This document shows positions 35,315 to 47,944 of a DNA stretch of 64,000 nucleotides, one piece after another. The DNA is from Octopus bimaculoides (lineage: Eukaryota). The notes under the pieces are model-generated. The model saw only the letters and a list, made by a program, of their open reading frames with translations, did no database searches and was not told the origin of the DNA. A program made the translations under genes and the position numbers. The DNA is taken from positions 39,950,422-40,014,421 of the forward strand of contig NC_068998.1 in NCBI RefSeq assembly GCF_001194135.2, read 5' to 3'. Numbering within the stretch: position 1 is the stretch's first letter; each line of letters begins with the position of its first letter.

Positions 35315-37149
35315 CTAAAAAGATGTTATACCACATCAACAATAACAAACATTTGATTAGTTCTTTAGAAATTTATTATCAAAATTATCTCCAATTTGCC
35401 TAGTTATCCAGATAAAAAGTTTCCCAATGATGTTCAATTTATACATTAATCACAGATCAATCCCATCAAAATGTGGTGAAGATGGAAATATTAGAAAAAT
35501 TTTGATCTTTAAGGTCAATCACCACCATCATTTTACGTGTTTTTTCCATGTTGTCATGGGTTGGACAAGTGTGATCCACTATAATCTCTCATGTTGTTGC
35601 ATTCGTTTGTTGTCTGATACCCACATTTTAGAAAACTGCTAATCTTTGTTGCTGTGTATATTGTGTTTTATGACTGGATGCCCTTTCTATTGCCTACCAC
35701 TTTACAGCAGTGTGAAAAAAAAAATTATCTTATTAACAATTCATTTTAGACATTTTTGTCAATGATAGCTTGCACAAATCCAAGAGGTTCATGATCAAAG
35801 ATTATTCCATATATTGCCGATACATAGCTGAATACGATGAAACTTATGGCAAAAGAAGAAAAGAGAAGTGCAAAAAAAAAAAAGAAGAGATTACTGCTGA
35901 AGTAGAGTAGTAATGTAATAATAATGATCTCTTACACTAACAAAATGTCACAATTATAATGGAAGGAATGGTATGATGGTATGGCTGATGGGTTCGACCA
36001 CTGGTATTCTTATTCCATTGGTTTAGCATGTTTTCTTTAGGACATATGAAAAAATAAAATACTAAATGCAATGAGTTATTTAGTCCAGTAAAGAAATTCT
36101 ATTTCAAAATTTGTTTGAAGACACATGCATTGGTACTGCTGACATTAAAGTGGGGAGGTACATACATACATATAACTGTGACATTGACTGGTACATAATA
36201 AAAAGGCATAATAATACAGGAGAAAAAATAATAATTAATGAAATAAACACAACATGAAAACTGAACAGAAAATATGGAACAAACATTTCTTTACAAAAAA
36301 TAAATAAAATATAAAGTCACAAGATTAAAACAGAAAAAAACTTTATATGTCAATTTCTGGCACAAAGGCCACATATAGTGGAGAATTGGACAGATTTTAT
36401 AATACCTTCCTAAAGTAACAGTAGCCTAAATGCAATAACTCCTTTCAAAAAGATACAAACAAGGATGGTACAGACACAGTTGATTTCTTTGTTAATTAGT
36501 CAAATGAGAGGTGATGCTCATGACTTGCACAGGCATCACTTCCAGACAGGTGAGATCAAGGTGGCTGATGTTCAGTTCAGGGGATGAAATTCTAGACAGT
36601 TGCAGTTGGGTTTTGTACATGATCTGATATAAGGTTGGGGTGAATGAAACATAGAAGTTGGTGAGATATAGAATGGATACAACAAATGGGACAGAACAGA
36701 AGTGGTATATAGCCTGATGGTAGAGAAACCTTTATAATAGCAATGAAAGTGACTGAGAAAATATTTAACACATCAGTCAAGTGGCCACTTTTTTAATGTG
36801 TCCAAGGATATTTGTGCTTGTAGCAAGAACACTACTCAGTACTGTGAGAGGTACTGTAATAATGTTACTTGCACTTGAGCTATTGGCCTCAATATTTTAT
36901 GGAATTAAATGGAATTCAAACTGGAGAATGATGTAAGTAAATTATAAGCAATGCATTTAGTCCAGCATCTTAGTTATGACCTTAAGAATCACAATTAATG
37001 ACAAAAAAAAAAAAAATTATCCTTATGACAATCATTTTCGATACTGGAACAGAACTCTGCATTTTTTAAGTAAGCATTACAGTCAATTCACCTGAACCCA
37101 ATTGACCACTAATACTTTTACTATTGAATTTAGATGTGGGTAAATCAAA

Positions 37150-38120
37150 TTGATCCCAGAACTTGATTAATACTTTATTTTATTGACCCTGAAAGAATTA
37201 AAGCAAAGCTGATCTAGTTGAGATTTGGACTCAGAGCATAAAGACCCATGACAAATACCACATGAGACTGTCTGACACTAATGACTCAGCCAATCCATCA
37301 CTTAATAATAATGTATCAAATTTTGGCACAAGGCTAGCAATTTTAGCAGGAAGGGATTAACTGATTATATTAATCCCAGCACTTGATCGGTACTATATTC
37401 TATTGACCCTAAAAGGACGAAAAGCGAAGTTGATCTTGACAGTATTTGAACTCAAAAGGTAAAGAACTAGAAGAAAGCACTGTGCATTGTTTCTGATGTG
37501 CTAACAATTCTGTCAGCTCATGTCTTAATAATAATAATGCTTCTTAGGTACAATACCAGAAATTTTGGAGAGGGGACTCATTAATGACATTGACCCTATT
37601 ACATGACTGATACTGTATTTTATCAACACCAAATGGATAAAGAAGGCAAAATTGGCTTTCATGGGATTTTAACTAAGAACTAGAAGTGGAACAAATACTT
37701 TAAGGCATTGTGTCCGAGGCTATAACGATTTTGCTAATTCACCACCCTTTAAAAATTGCTTCTTGTTTAAGCACAAGGCAAACAACTATTTCTTTGGAGT
37801 TGGGTGAGGGCGTGTGTAGTCATTTTATAGGAATCCTAAATACTTGATTGATGCCTTACTTCATCAACCTGGAGTGGAAGTAAAAAGCAAAGTTGACTTC
37901 AGAGGAATTTGAACTTCGAACGTAAAGAGCCAGAATAAATACATATTTTTTTTCCCAATATTTAAACATTCTGCCAACCCACTGTCCTAATGTTTGTTTC
38001 TAATACAGACACAAGATCTGAAATTTTGGGGAAGGTAGTACTTGACTGGTACTTATTTGATCAACACCAGACGGACGAGAGGCAAAGTCGACCTCAACAG
38101 GATATCAACTCACGACGTAA
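37150..38120 (-). mobile_element. Head-to-tail array of about 5 family-B SINEs, plus a further copy at 38350-38570
   Basis: Repeated units separated by taataataat-like spacers. The 38350-38570 copy is CpG-rich. Confidence 0.85.
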
Positions 38121-39340
38121 AGGACAACAGCTTAAGTTCTGAGTTCAAATCGCGTCACGTTGACGTTGACAACTATCCTTTAAGTGTAATAATGGTTTGT
38201 TTTTATTTTATTTGTTAGAGGAAGGTATAATCAATCTAGTATATTAATTTAGGCTTAGTGATTTGGACGAGATTTTTACACAAACTCAATACAGCGTTTC
38301 ACTGAAAATAGAACGGATGTCCACCATTCTGCAAGTCTCCGCCATCTATAAATAATGGTTTCAAATTCTGGCACAAGACCAGCAATTTTAGGGGTAGGAG
38401 TAAGTCGATATTACCGACTCCAGTGCTCGACTGCTACTTATTTTATCGTCCCTGAAAGGATGAAAGGCAAAGTCAACCTCGGCGGCATTTGAAATCAGAA
38501 AGTAAACACGGATAAAATGCCGCTAAGCATTTTGCTCGACGTGCTAATGATTCTGCCAGCTGACCGCCCCACTAGTAATAACAACAATAAAAACCCGAGT
38601 TCATTACCTATCCGGGGTATTTATAATAACAGAAACAAGAATAAACAAAATCCACATGCCGGCGTATAATAAAGGTTTGATTTTAATGCAAACAAAAAAT
38701 AGTGAAGTAAATCGTACCCGTGTCCCTGCGTAATTTTCCCAAGTCTTCCATTGAAGTAAATAGTGGAACGTAATACAAATTAATAAAACAAGCTGAAATA
38801 CTCATTTTAAGAGCTTCCTACTATAAGTTTTCTACACACACATATATCTAATATAAACACACACAATATTATATATATATATATATATATAAATATAAAG
38901 TAATTTATTAAAGTCGATTGAAAAGTTAAATGGGCGGATCATGAAACGCGTCCTCCTACTTTAATCGATGTATTTTACGTCTATTAATAATAATTCATTC
39001 AGACTAAAAAGACAATCGATAGCAAGAAGACGTGCAGAACAAAGAAAATGATATCATACAAACTTATAAATATGAGCGGCATAACCACAAATATAACCGC
39101 AAGAAATACATTATTTTAGTGTTTGTCATTAGACAGAACAACAGCTGTGCATTTCACTTCTTAGGTGAGGTTAGCATAAAATATGAGTTTTTCTACAGTG
39201 TTGCTTTGCGTAACCACATCATGCTGTAACGCTTCTCTGGATATTTCATTACATAGATGACAATACGGCCGATATAATAGACTGAGGTAGGTAAAAATTT
39301 ATACCATACATTCAATGCTTAAAGCTGAAAATTACTTTAC

Positions 39341-39373
39341 CTCTTCGACTTGGCCCGAATCCGTGTCTGCCAT
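39341..39373 (-). CDS. First coding exon of an unidentified minus-strand gene (MADTDSGQVEE)
   Basis: CAAAATGGCAGACACGGATTCGGGCCAAGTCGAAGAG|GTAAAG: ATG in strong context, CpG-rich, phase-0 donor. Confidence 0.8.
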
Positions 39374-39433
39374 TTTGGCTAATGTTTGTATCACGTGATT
39401 GCTACTTCCGTTTTAAAAACAGTAAACTTCCGG
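39369..39433. promoter_or_regulatory. Core promoter motif cluster: YY1-like, palindromic E-box and two ETS-like sites
   Basis: GCCATTTTG at 39369-39377 (overlaps the ATG), ATCACGTGAT at 39390-39399, ACTTCCG at 39404-39410 and ACTTCCGG at 39426-39433. Confidence 0.75.
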
Positions 39434-39949
39434 CTGGTTTTCCTCCCTCCCCACCTCTTAGCTACAACACTTTTTTTTTCTGAGACGAATTCATTTAAAT
39501 AGCAACTGTATTGCTTTTTATTCACAGCTAGCAGAAATAGCTGCTTTCGATAATTAGCTTATTTATTTCATATTTTAATACATTAAAAATACATATTTCC
39601 AATTCGTGTGTTTCTAGGTTAATTATGCACAAACAACAGCTAAAGTCAAACCAGATGGCTCACGCACTTAGTCGGGGAGAAAACATTATTTCGTAGGACA
39701 AATTAATTCAAAGAAAAACCGATATAAAATTATCAACGAATTAACATCACATTTCGGTGAATAATATCTAATGAGGTTCATGTTTGGTTTACTATCTTAG
39801 TGAAATTTTTTATTCAAATTCCTTTTTAAGCGAATAAATATCAAAGTAAATTGAATCGTCTGTTACCACACTGTTTCCATATGCGCTCCCTTACCATGTT
39901 CTTCCACAACTTCTGCCGACTCCATAAGTGGCAGCTAATAAAACATCGC

Positions 39950-40060
39950 TGTTCTCAATAACCCTAGTCTTTATCTAGTCTAACCAGTCGTTTGAGAAGC
40001 GCCTCACTGGACCATTGTCTTCTTTCACCTGGCGCTTCTCTTCTTCATCACGCCTGTAAG
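39950..40060 (+). other. Candidate non-coding first exon of a divergent plus-strand transcript (start approximate)
   Basis: Pyrimidine/CpG-rich segment ending in donor AAG|GTAGGA at 40060/40061. Confidence 0.4.
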
Positions 40061-43000
40061 GTAGGATTAATCTAATATTTATTTATGACACTTTGTCATT
40101 AACATAATTTATTAAAATGCATGTGTATATGTTTATACCTATGTATGTGGTGCGTGTCTGTTGTGTATATGTATTTGTGTCTACGTATATGACTATATAT
40201 GTATGTGTGTGTATATATATACATATATATATTCGTGATTGTAAATAGTTTGGTCACAAAGTGGAGGATCAACTCTCAGTTGCCAATAACTTATAAAGTG
40301 GTCACCCGTCATCTGTAGATCTGTCAGTTTCTCTGTGTGTGTGTGTGTGTACCTTTACATATATTTATCTTGTGAGATAATCCTTATTCAGCTACTGGAG
40401 GTGGATGTGGAAGGAGGTGAAAACATTAACATCCATTCATCCACATTTACTTGCCGTTTATTTATTTGTTTGTTGTTCGTTCGTTTGATGTAGTGTTTCT
40501 TTATTTACCTTTTATTTAATCAAACAACTGCAGCCGACTAAGTTTGTAAGCTCCCGGCAACTCCCGCCTCGAGCTATTTTTACATTCATTTACCTCCGTT
40601 GATGTTCTTTCTCGGCAAAAGAATGAACGACACTACATCACATCCACTCAAAGTAAATCGGGGAAGATGATCGATCTTGTTTGTTTTCTTACATCTCAAT
40701 TTTAAATGAAGACTATACGAATAATAATATTAATATTGTTACTATTAAATAGATATTGGTTCATCCTTGTTATTTTCTAATCATGTTTTGTTTTTTATTT
40801 TATAATTCTATACATACAATCCTATGACAACCCATTTCTGTGTTTATTTATTTCTATATATTCTAATTGTTCAACTGGATTTCTGTTAACCCCCGTGAAA
40901 AGTTAAGATATTAATTGCTATTGTTATTTATTAATTCGTGAATTTATATTATTTACATTATAATTTCCTGAAGATTTTTTTTTGCCGTTCTTCGACGAAA
41001 TTCAAAATTAAAACAAAGGTTGTCCCTTGACATGATCATAATTTATAGGGGAGACAGTTCGACCATTTTGTTCCAACCCTTATTCTATGGGTATCCGCCT
41101 AAAACCATTATGACAACAACCACAACAGTAGTAGTGTTGATCATTGTAGTTGTTGTCATCGTCATGCTAGCAGTAGTAGTAGTAGTAGTTGTAGTAGTAA
41201 GAGCAGCCACAAAACTGATTTTGGTCAAAGAAGACTTAAGATGTGAAGCCAAGAAGCTGCTGCTACTACTGACACTCCAACAGCAACACTACATTATTCC
41301 CACTACCACCTCCACCACAACAACAACACTAGACTCGGAGGCCGCACTGCATTGTATTTTTTACCTCGACACCACACTACAACTACATCCATTACAGATT
41401 ATATACAATAAACACAACGTCGGGGTTCGCCTTAGATCGTAGGTCTGCATCATGGCTTGAACCAGGACTAAACAGCAGTAGCACTAACTTCAGAGTGCAC
41501 TACATCAAAACGTCTTAAGACACGAAAAAAACCCCCCGGAAAACATCCGATAATGCAGTCGTCCTTAAGAGATGTGATAATCACGGCTGGATTGCCATTA
41601 ATCACAGGTCTGTGCGATTGGGTGGACCTGGCGTTAAACAAAAACGACAACACCACTTTATACTATCGAAAGACACACCAGATAATATAGTAATGATGAG
41701 ACTGTCTTCGGTCACAAGTCTGCTCTGTCAGAGTTGTCCTAGGCTAAACAATTACAACAATAAACACCTCAAGCCAATGAAGGAACCTTAATGTGGTCAC
41801 TCTATATGCTAGAAAGAGCAGCCAATAGAACCCTGCATTAGGACAGAAAACATTAGATATATTCATTTTACATAACTCTAAACTGATGAGATGATCATGG
41901 TTAGAATGCCTTAGAGTTTAGGTTTGTTCAATCGAGGTTGACCTGGAATAAAATAGTAGTAATAAATTCCACAAGTCATCGAGAGTCACTTTCTAGTTGC
42001 CCTACCTGTTAAAAATAGCAGCTAGATCTTTAAGCCATACTAACTATATGGAAAAAGGACATGTTTGATAATATACATTATGCCTTGTGTGTGTGTGGAT
42101 TTGGTTATGGTTTGAAATCTTTGGTTCAATGAGGGCTGATCTTGGTGTAAACAAAACTGTTACATCACACTCACACATACATGTATTCACATACATGCAC
42201 ATGTGTGTGTGTATTAAATATATTTATTATATAAATGTATATATAAAATATCATGTGTATGCGTGTGCACATAATTGGTGATGTTTGTCTCTACTGAAAC
42301 AGTGTTACCATTTCCCAATGATTATTACTAAATTTCACAGGGACATCTTAGATGCAACTAAAACCCTTCCCCTGCAGGTCGGAGATCTCTTTAAACAGGG
42401 ATGAATCAAGAACTCAAATGTAGAGGGGTTGAAAGTTGTAATGGAGTAGTAATTGAGTAGGAGTGTTAGTGTGCAATATAGCAATGTCAGTTTATTATGT
42501 CAAATTGTTTTTCTTTCTCTTTCAGTCTTTTAATCTATCTCTTGCTCACACTCACATTTTCTCATTCATCTTATGATATACACTGAGTTGTGAGATGGAG
42601 AGACAGTATAATGTTTGAGAATATTTCAAATGTTATAAAAATTAACAGTTTGATTCATTGAGTATAATACCTGAATATTTTAGAAGTATAAACAGATGTA
42701 AATGTGAAACAATGAAAGAATAAATTATTTTCTATCTTCCATGGTATTGAAACTGTGTACTAATTTTTTGAAGATATGATCTTTTTTAAATGAGGAATTT
42801 GAATAATGATAGCATTCTGGATATACTGTCTATATATTTTGTGTGAGATATTGTCTCTCAGTATTGTTATCTGTACTGGCAGATTACTTTAAATCAAACA
42901 TGATTTAATATAAATATATGCAAATTTAAATGGAAACAATGGAAGAATGAATTATTTTTCTAACTTCAATGGTATTTGAAACTACATATTAATGTTTAAA

Positions 43001-43084
43001 GATATTAGTTTTAAATTAGGAATTTTTATAACCTATTTAAATCTCAGACAGCTCCAGTACAATAGCCATGATCCAATCTCATTC

Positions 43085-43770
43085 CAGTACCTCAAAATAG
43101 TTGCTTGATATGTCTGTGCACCAAACTGCTAAGCTTGCCAGATAAGAAACCTCTTGGAAATGATATCTTATCTGACTGGATCAGTACCTTGGTAAAGGCT
43201 GCAGTTTTGCATTCTCAAAGCCCCTTTGCTATCATTTTCAGTGCCTGTTTACCAGTCAATCCTCGGCAACTTTAGCATAATCACCAATATAGCATGACAG
43301 AAGACATACTATATCAATCATAGGGATCATCAAAACTACACATCTGTCATATACAACCAAGCACTTGATCCTCACTAAAAATATTGTGCGGTCAATGGCT
43401 AGCAAGGATCTTAAACAGTGTGAACTGCTAACTCCAGTGCAAATCCAGCAGCAACACTTGAGATATTCTTTAGGCAGCTACCTATGGTATTCAGCAATTG
43501 CAGCAATATGTCCACCGAAACGAATTACTATTCGAGATAAAGCAATGCAAAGAAGTGTATACAAAGATAAAATAATTGGTAAAATGTAACCAAAGAGAAG
43601 TAGTTTTCCTTCATGATTCTCATGAAACAGGCAAAACTTCTTTGATCAACCATATTTTGGTAAAAAGTACATTCACTGAAGTAGATTGCTATTGCAGTGG
43701 CTTCATCTGCAGTAGCTGCAAATTTGTTGTCAGGCAGCAAGTTTGCTTATTCTGTGAGCATGGAAAAACA
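43085..43770 (+). mobile_element. Helitron Rep-helicase relic (PIF1-like helicase start)
   Basis: FAIIFSACLPVNPRQL*..SMTEDILYQ (ATG at 43294), YNQALIL, Walker A ..HETGKTSLIN (TGKT at 43627-43638) and IAIAVASSAVAANLLSG (43685-43735). Confidence 0.85.
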
Positions 43771-44582
43771 AGTTTTAAATGAATGAGCAACAAATAGATA
43801 TGTACATTAAAATTAGTCAGTCATTATTGAGTTCCCAATTTTACCTCAGCAAAACTGACCTATGAGCATACTCTTCCAGTCATAAATATCTGATATTTCT
43901 TTCTTTTTTTTTTTTTAGACAACAGTATATCTAGGATTACATAATGTGACGTGTCTTCCTGTTTTTAGGACAGTAGGACATAATGTAAGAAAGATTTAGG
44001 TGACATCTTTAACAAATCAGATGACTACATTAAGAATGGGTTGCTGAAAAATTTTTAAAACTTTGTTGTTTATGTTATTTAAACCTAAGTCAGCCATGAT
44101 TGAGAAAACTTAGGATCAAAATTCTTCCAGTCCTAACCATCTGATACCTTTTGTCTGACAGTGCTTTTAGTAGACTTTGTCTAAACTATCCCTCCCCGTC
44201 CTTACACAGTGGAATGTGATATGTAGGGGCACATAGCTGCTATTTCCAGACAGTAAAGCAACTACATAGATCTTCCTTGTTGGCTGTTTTTTTGTTTTAT
44301 TTGTTAATTAGAAGAGATGGGGGTAATTACTTCCTATAGAACATTTAGTCTCTCCGAAACATTGGGTTATGGAAAAACATGGGTGGGCAGGTTAAATAAG
44401 GTTGAAAGTTTTGTGTGTGTGTGTATACACATATACACACATACATGCACACATCACACAGACACATCTGTGTGTGCGTACATGTATGTACACACATATT
44501 TGCGCATATACATTGACGTGTGTGTGCCTAACTGAATACAAATGTATGCGTGTGTGTGCGTCTGCTTCTTTTGTTACTTCAG

Positions 44583-44661
44583 TACGAAGGTTTCTCCAGA
44601 TGACTACAACAAACTGAAAATGGCCTTTATCATTGTCAATGCCGCCCCTGTTTATGTCACA
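44583..44661 (+). CDS. Candidate exon of plus-strand gene B (xTKVSPDDYNKLKMAFIIVNAAPVYVT)
   Basis: Acceptor tctgcttcttttgttacttcag|; only the phase-2 frame is open; donor ACA|GTAAAT (or read-through VNGTL* to 44679). Confidence 0.45.
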
Positions 44662-44934
44662 GTAAATGGAACCCTCTGACTCCACCCGCCTCTCTATGTA
44701 GGATTTATTTTGTTGATGCTGTTGTTGTTGATGAATGTGCTTGTTAATGCTGTCTCCGATCTCAAATCACCCTGTGTTAATACCATTATTGCAACAGTTA
44801 GTCATATGATGTAGTGGACTTGCTTTCCACGTTTCAGTTTTAATCATTAAGTTATGGCATACATAACAGCACACCATGTAAGTATACATTACATACAAAG
44901 ACACATACATACATATACACACACGTTATGTGTG

Positions 44935-44988
<54 letters not shown>

Positions 44989-45480
44989 TATACACACAGA
45001 TGTGTATATATGAGTATATGTATGCATGAACATGTGTATATGTATATTTACATACAGACAGAATACACATCCATACATACACACATACACATTTGTGTAT
45101 GTGTATATGTTTATATATATATAAACATGTATACATGTGTGAATATATATATATTCATACATAAATATATATAAGCATACATATACATATATATAGACAT
45201 GCACACACATACACATACATATACATACACATGCTCATATGATTAGGACACTTTGAACATAGATCTGTTTAATGAGGAACTAATCTAGGACCAAACAAGA
45301 ACCAGAATAAATACAGCAGCTTGAAACCAACTCCACAAAATATCACAAAACAAAGCAAAAAAGATCATTTCTCCTACAAGGAAAAAGATAAATAAAAAGC
45401 GAGGGGACTGTTTCAATGCATGACCCAACATTACGTAAAGACCATGTTTTTATTATATTTATTTTATCTTGCCTTTTTAG

Positions 45481-45543
45481 AACAACAGCATTAAGATTTG
45501 TAGGCTTCCAATGAGACAATCTCTGGTTTACTCATTTATGATA
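45481..45543 (+). CDS. Candidate exon of gene B (NNSIKICRLPMRQSLVYSFMI)
   Basis: Strong acceptor ttttatcttgcctttttag| and donor ATA|GTAAGA; 63 nt, phase 0->0, the only open frame. Confidence 0.45.
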
Positions 45544-47944
45544 GTAAGAATGATTGAGGAGCACCTATGTTACTCGGGCAGAACAAATACACCAAAGTGT
45601 ATTGTTTGAAAGCAGCAATTTATCAGTTTTCTTTGCTGATGCATGTCTCTTGTATCTTTCATTGGTATACCTCATGGCTCTAGTCATTGTGCTCTGGTCA
45701 TGCTGGAGACTATATTGATTATTTTGGTTTCAGTACTTTGTCTAATACTTGTTTTATTTTACTTGCAAGACAGAAATGCAAAGTGGACATTGTATGGGAG
45801 GTAACTTAGTTCTTACCCCACACTAATATATATACATATATATAGGCTGTGTGGTAAGAAGTTTGCTTCCCAACCATGTGGTCTTGGGTTCAGTCCCACT
45901 GTGCTGCACTTTGGGCAAGTGTCTTCCAGAAATACCCTCAGGTTGACCAATGTTTCGTGAATTGAATTGATTAGTGGAAATTGAATGAAGCCCATCATAT
46001 ATATGTGTCTTTGTGTTTGGATTTGTCCCCCAAATTACTTCACAGCTGGTGCTGGTTTGTTTATATCCTTTGGTTTGGCAAAAAGTGGCCAATAGAATTA
46101 GCACCAGGCTTAAAAATAAGTACTAGGGTTGATTTGTTTGGTTAAACCCTTCAAGGTGGTGCCAGCATGTCTGAAGACTGAAGCAAAAGAAATGTAAGAG
46201 ATAAAAGATACACACAAACTTACATACAGACAGACAGACAAACAGATACACACACACACACAGGTAGGTGAATAGACGGAAGTAGTACTCAACACATAGT
46301 TGGTATTGTAACAGGTTGATTGAGTTCTACATTATTCAAAGTTTCATAGGCACAGATATGCATTTTCATCTTCAGATGTGTACAGTCAGATGTATCTACA
46401 TCTATCTCTCTCTTCCCCTCTTTCTTTCTCTATATATGTGTATGTATGTATACACTCATACACACACATTACCTACATGTTTGTACATGTACATAGACAC
46501 TCATATAATGTGTAATTATATCTAGGTATTCATATAAAAATATCGTCTACCATTCTCCAAGTTTCTCCCCTTCCCTTGTTCTGTTTTCTCACTTTGGTGC
46601 ATAAATTTCAAATATAATTTTTACTGAGCATCATCCTAAATTAATGATATCATAATAATTATTTTTATATATAAAAAAAAATGCAGCCTGTAATAAATGA
46701 ATATATAAATGTATACAGGTATAAAATATAATTAAATGGATGACTAATTATAAACGAAATATTTAAAGTGTAAAAATTAAAATATGAACAATTGCTTTGT
46801 AATGTTTTCACTGATTGAAGTTACACAAGTATGTAATTAGAATTTTGGTGGTTAGCTTTCCACCACCACCATCACCTAAAAAAGAATGAAAAAGGAAAGA
46901 AAGGTTGTAGTATTTTCTAGACACGCACTTCAACATGTATGTGGATTTGATTTTTTGTGCTGTAATTGTGTGCGTGCGTGACGTTGTTTAGCACCCGCCA
47001 GGTCAACCTTGATTGAACACACCTTTGATCAAAGATATTCTAGTCGCGTTGATTTAAAAAAAAATTTTTTTTTAATTCAGACAGTATATCTATGACTACA
47101 TTTCAAATGTGCCCTCCCCACCAATTTTTTTTTTTAGTAGTGTGATTTGAAGGAGATTTGGATGTTATTTCTATGAGATTGAATGACCATGTCAGAGTTA
47201 TTTTGTTGACTGGTAGTGGGTGATGGTTATTTTTTGTTGTTGTTTAATTCTGAGACAGTGCAGATTTCATAGACTTATAAATGGTTAAAAACATTCCAAA
47301 TATGGCTCTCCCATCTTTTATTCAGACATACTTTATTACTTACTGGGTTTTGAGGCAAGGATAGTATGAACATGGTCTTCATGGGCCCTTGTAGACTGGT
47401 GAGATTGACGCTCTTTATGTTGTTCATGAAGTATTGTAAGTTAACCCCTGTAGGAAAGGCAAGAGTAGGGAGGAAAATCTAGAGTGATGATATTCAAAGG
47501 AGTAAAAAACTAGGTGTAGTAACTAGTACTGAGCTTGTAGTCTTGAAACAGTATGGGTGATGAGAGAAAAAGAGATGAGAAGGTCAGGAATACCTGAGTA
47601 GAGGTGAGACCAGACCTGGCATCTCTGGGGATCAGAAGCCATTAAAGTTGCTGAAGGAGAGAAGAGAGAGAGAAAACGTGACAGTATTCTTGTGAGCCAA
47701 GGACTAGAATGTGTCTGTGAGTGATTTGATGCCACTTGGTTAAATGGCTGTTCTGAGTGCTGTCTGGGATACTGCAGCAGCAGCACTCTCAAATGTGGGA
47801 GCAATTTACTATATAGGTCTCACTTAAGTTTTTGTAGAATGTCATCTACAAAATCTCAAAGTTTTGTAGATTACAAGGACTAGTCTGGGAATATGGTCCT
47901 AGAATTTCCAGAACCATGTTTTTTTAAAATTTATTTTATTCTAT

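Larger units (their letters stand above)
38000..41700. promoter_or_regulatory. CpG-retaining island / probable bidirectional promoter region
   Basis: CG dinucleotides are visibly much more frequent than in the flanks (not counted). The minus-strand ATG exon and plus-strand donor sites diverge from this region. Confidence 0.7.

Noticed and set aside
39030-39290. Plus-strand exon-like pieces (39132-39165, 39257-39286) antisense to intron 1
   Set aside because: Joined frames stop quickly, and such splice-like motifs are expected by chance in AT-rich DNA.
39341-39373. Assigning the minus-strand gene to XRCC4 from QIQDEADM versus EISQEADDM
   Set aside because: The similarity is limited to a few residues and the rest does not match, so no gene symbol was given.
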